Part shown: positions 1-553 of the stretch, piece by piece
Layout: every line of letters begins with the position of its first letter
Numbering within the stretch: the first letter of the stretch is position 1
Notes under the pieces: model-generated
What the model was told of the DNA's origin: nothing
The model's database searches: none
Seen by the model: the letters and a program-made list of their open reading frames with translations, nothing else
Sequence record: EF517010.1
Length of the DNA stretch: 553 nucleotides
From: a phage
Reading direction: 5' to 3' (one strand)
Position numbers and translations under genes: made by a program

Positions 1-497
1 GGAACATCTGCGTAGACAATACTGCTAACAGTTACTGGCTCTCTCGTGTATCTAAAACGATTCCGGCACTGGAACACTTAAACGGGTTTGATGTTCGTTG
101 GAAGCGTTTACTGAACGATGACCGTTGCTTCTACAAAGATGGCTTTATGCTTGATGGGGAATTCATGATCAAGGGCGTAGACTTTAACACAGGGTCCGGC
201 CTACTGCGTACTAAATGGACTGACACGAAGAACCAAGAGTTTCATGAAGAGTTATTCGTTGAACCAATCCGTAAGAAAGATAAAGTTCCCTTTAAGCTGC
301 ACACTGGACACCTTCACATAAAACTGTACGCTATCCTCCCGCTGCACATCGTGGAGTCTGAAGAAGACTGTGATGTCATGACGTTGCTCATGCAGGAACA
401 CGTTAAGAACATGCTGCCTCTGCTACAGGAATACTTCCCTGAAATCAAATGGCAAGCGGCTGAATCTTACGAGATCTACGATATGGTAGAATTATAG
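1..497 (+). CDS. 1.3: ATP-dependent DNA ligase (T7 gene 1.3 family), 5'-partial, ending at an in-frame premature TAG at 495-497
   Basis: Frame with codons at 3-5, 6-8, ... has no stop from the window edge to 495 and reads NICVDNTANSYWLSRVSKTIPALEHLNGFDVRWKRLLNDDRCFYKDGFMLDGEFMIKGVDFNTGSGLLRTKW...YDMVEL*. This matches my recollection of T7 DNA ligase starting just after the motif I lysine (KYDGVRG, outside the window). Nucleotidyltransferase motif III (FMLDGE) is encoded at about 144-161. The ATG at 147 is an internal Met, not the start. Assignment is from memory, not a database search. Confidence 0.85.
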   Translation, partial: NICVDNTANSYWLSRVSKTIPALEHLNGFDVRWKRLLNDDRCFYKDGFMLDGEFMIKGVDFNTGSGLLRTKWTDTKNQEFHEELFVEPIRKKDKVPFKLHTGHLHIKLYAILPLHIVESEEDCDVMTLLMQEHVKNMLPLLQEYFPEIKWQAAESYEIYDMVEL

Positions 498-553
498 CAA
501 TTGTACGAGCAGAAGCGAGCAGAAGGCCATGAGGGTCTCATTGTGAAAGACCC
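498..553 (+). other. 1.3: In-frame continuation of the ligase reading frame downstream of the amber codon (motif IV region), 3'-partial; translated only if the TAG is suppressed or absent
   Basis: Same frame after the TAG reads QLYEQKRAEGHEGLIVKDP. EGLIVKD (531-551) is the conserved motif IV of ATP-dependent ligases and, as I recall it, matches the T7 ligase sequence following VELQ. There is no frameshift between the two segments. Confidence 0.75.

Noticed and set aside
13-15. TAG at 13-15
   Set aside because: It is out of frame relative to the ligase frame (codons 12-14 gta and 15-17 gac) and has no effect on the CDS.
147-149. ATG at 147 as the gene start, as implied by the six-frame ORF track
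   Set aside because: The same frame is open with no stop back to the left window edge and encodes recognisable ligase sequence upstream, so this is an internal Met (the M of motif III FMLDGE). The true start lies upstream of the window.
506-525. Perfect tandem duplication of the 10-mer cgagcagaag (506-515 and 516-525)
   Set aside because: It sits in frame and encodes the expected ligase residues EQKRAEG without disturbing the frame. It is most likely a coincidental short coding repeat, not an insertion, repeat element or regulatory site.
1-553. T7 late promoter, RNase III site, or host sigma70 promoter within the window
   Set aside because: There is no match to the T7 promoter core (TAATACGACTCACTATAG) on either strand and no obvious long hairpin. 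In T7 the gene 1.3 signals lie upstream of the gene, not inside it.
1-553. Reverse-strand or alternative-frame coding, or a frameshift as the cause of the interruption
   Set aside because: No other frame has a long ORF. Ligase-like sequence stays in a single frame on both sides of the TAG, so the lesion is a nonsense codon, not an indel.
1-553. A novel defence or accessory system
   Set aside because: The entire window is explained by one well-known phage replication gene. Nothing is left unexplained except the premature stop.

Overview
The whole window lies inside one + strand gene: a T7-group (Teseptimavirus-like) ATP-dependent DNA ligase, homologous to T7 gene 1.3. The reading frame (codons at 3-5, 6-8, ...) is open from the left edge, so the six-frame ORF at 147..497 is only the segment after the first internal Met. 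The main finding is an in-frame TAG (amber) at 495-497. Recognisable ligase sequence continues in the same frame after it (QLYEQKRAEGHEGLIVKDP, including ligase motif IV), so the gene is interrupted by a nonsense codon rather than ending there. I see no support for an RNA gene, mobile element, CRISPR array, promoter or terminator, nor for a novel system; this is a known phage replication gene carrying a premature stop. Family and motif assignments are from memory of the T7 ligase sequence, not from a search.
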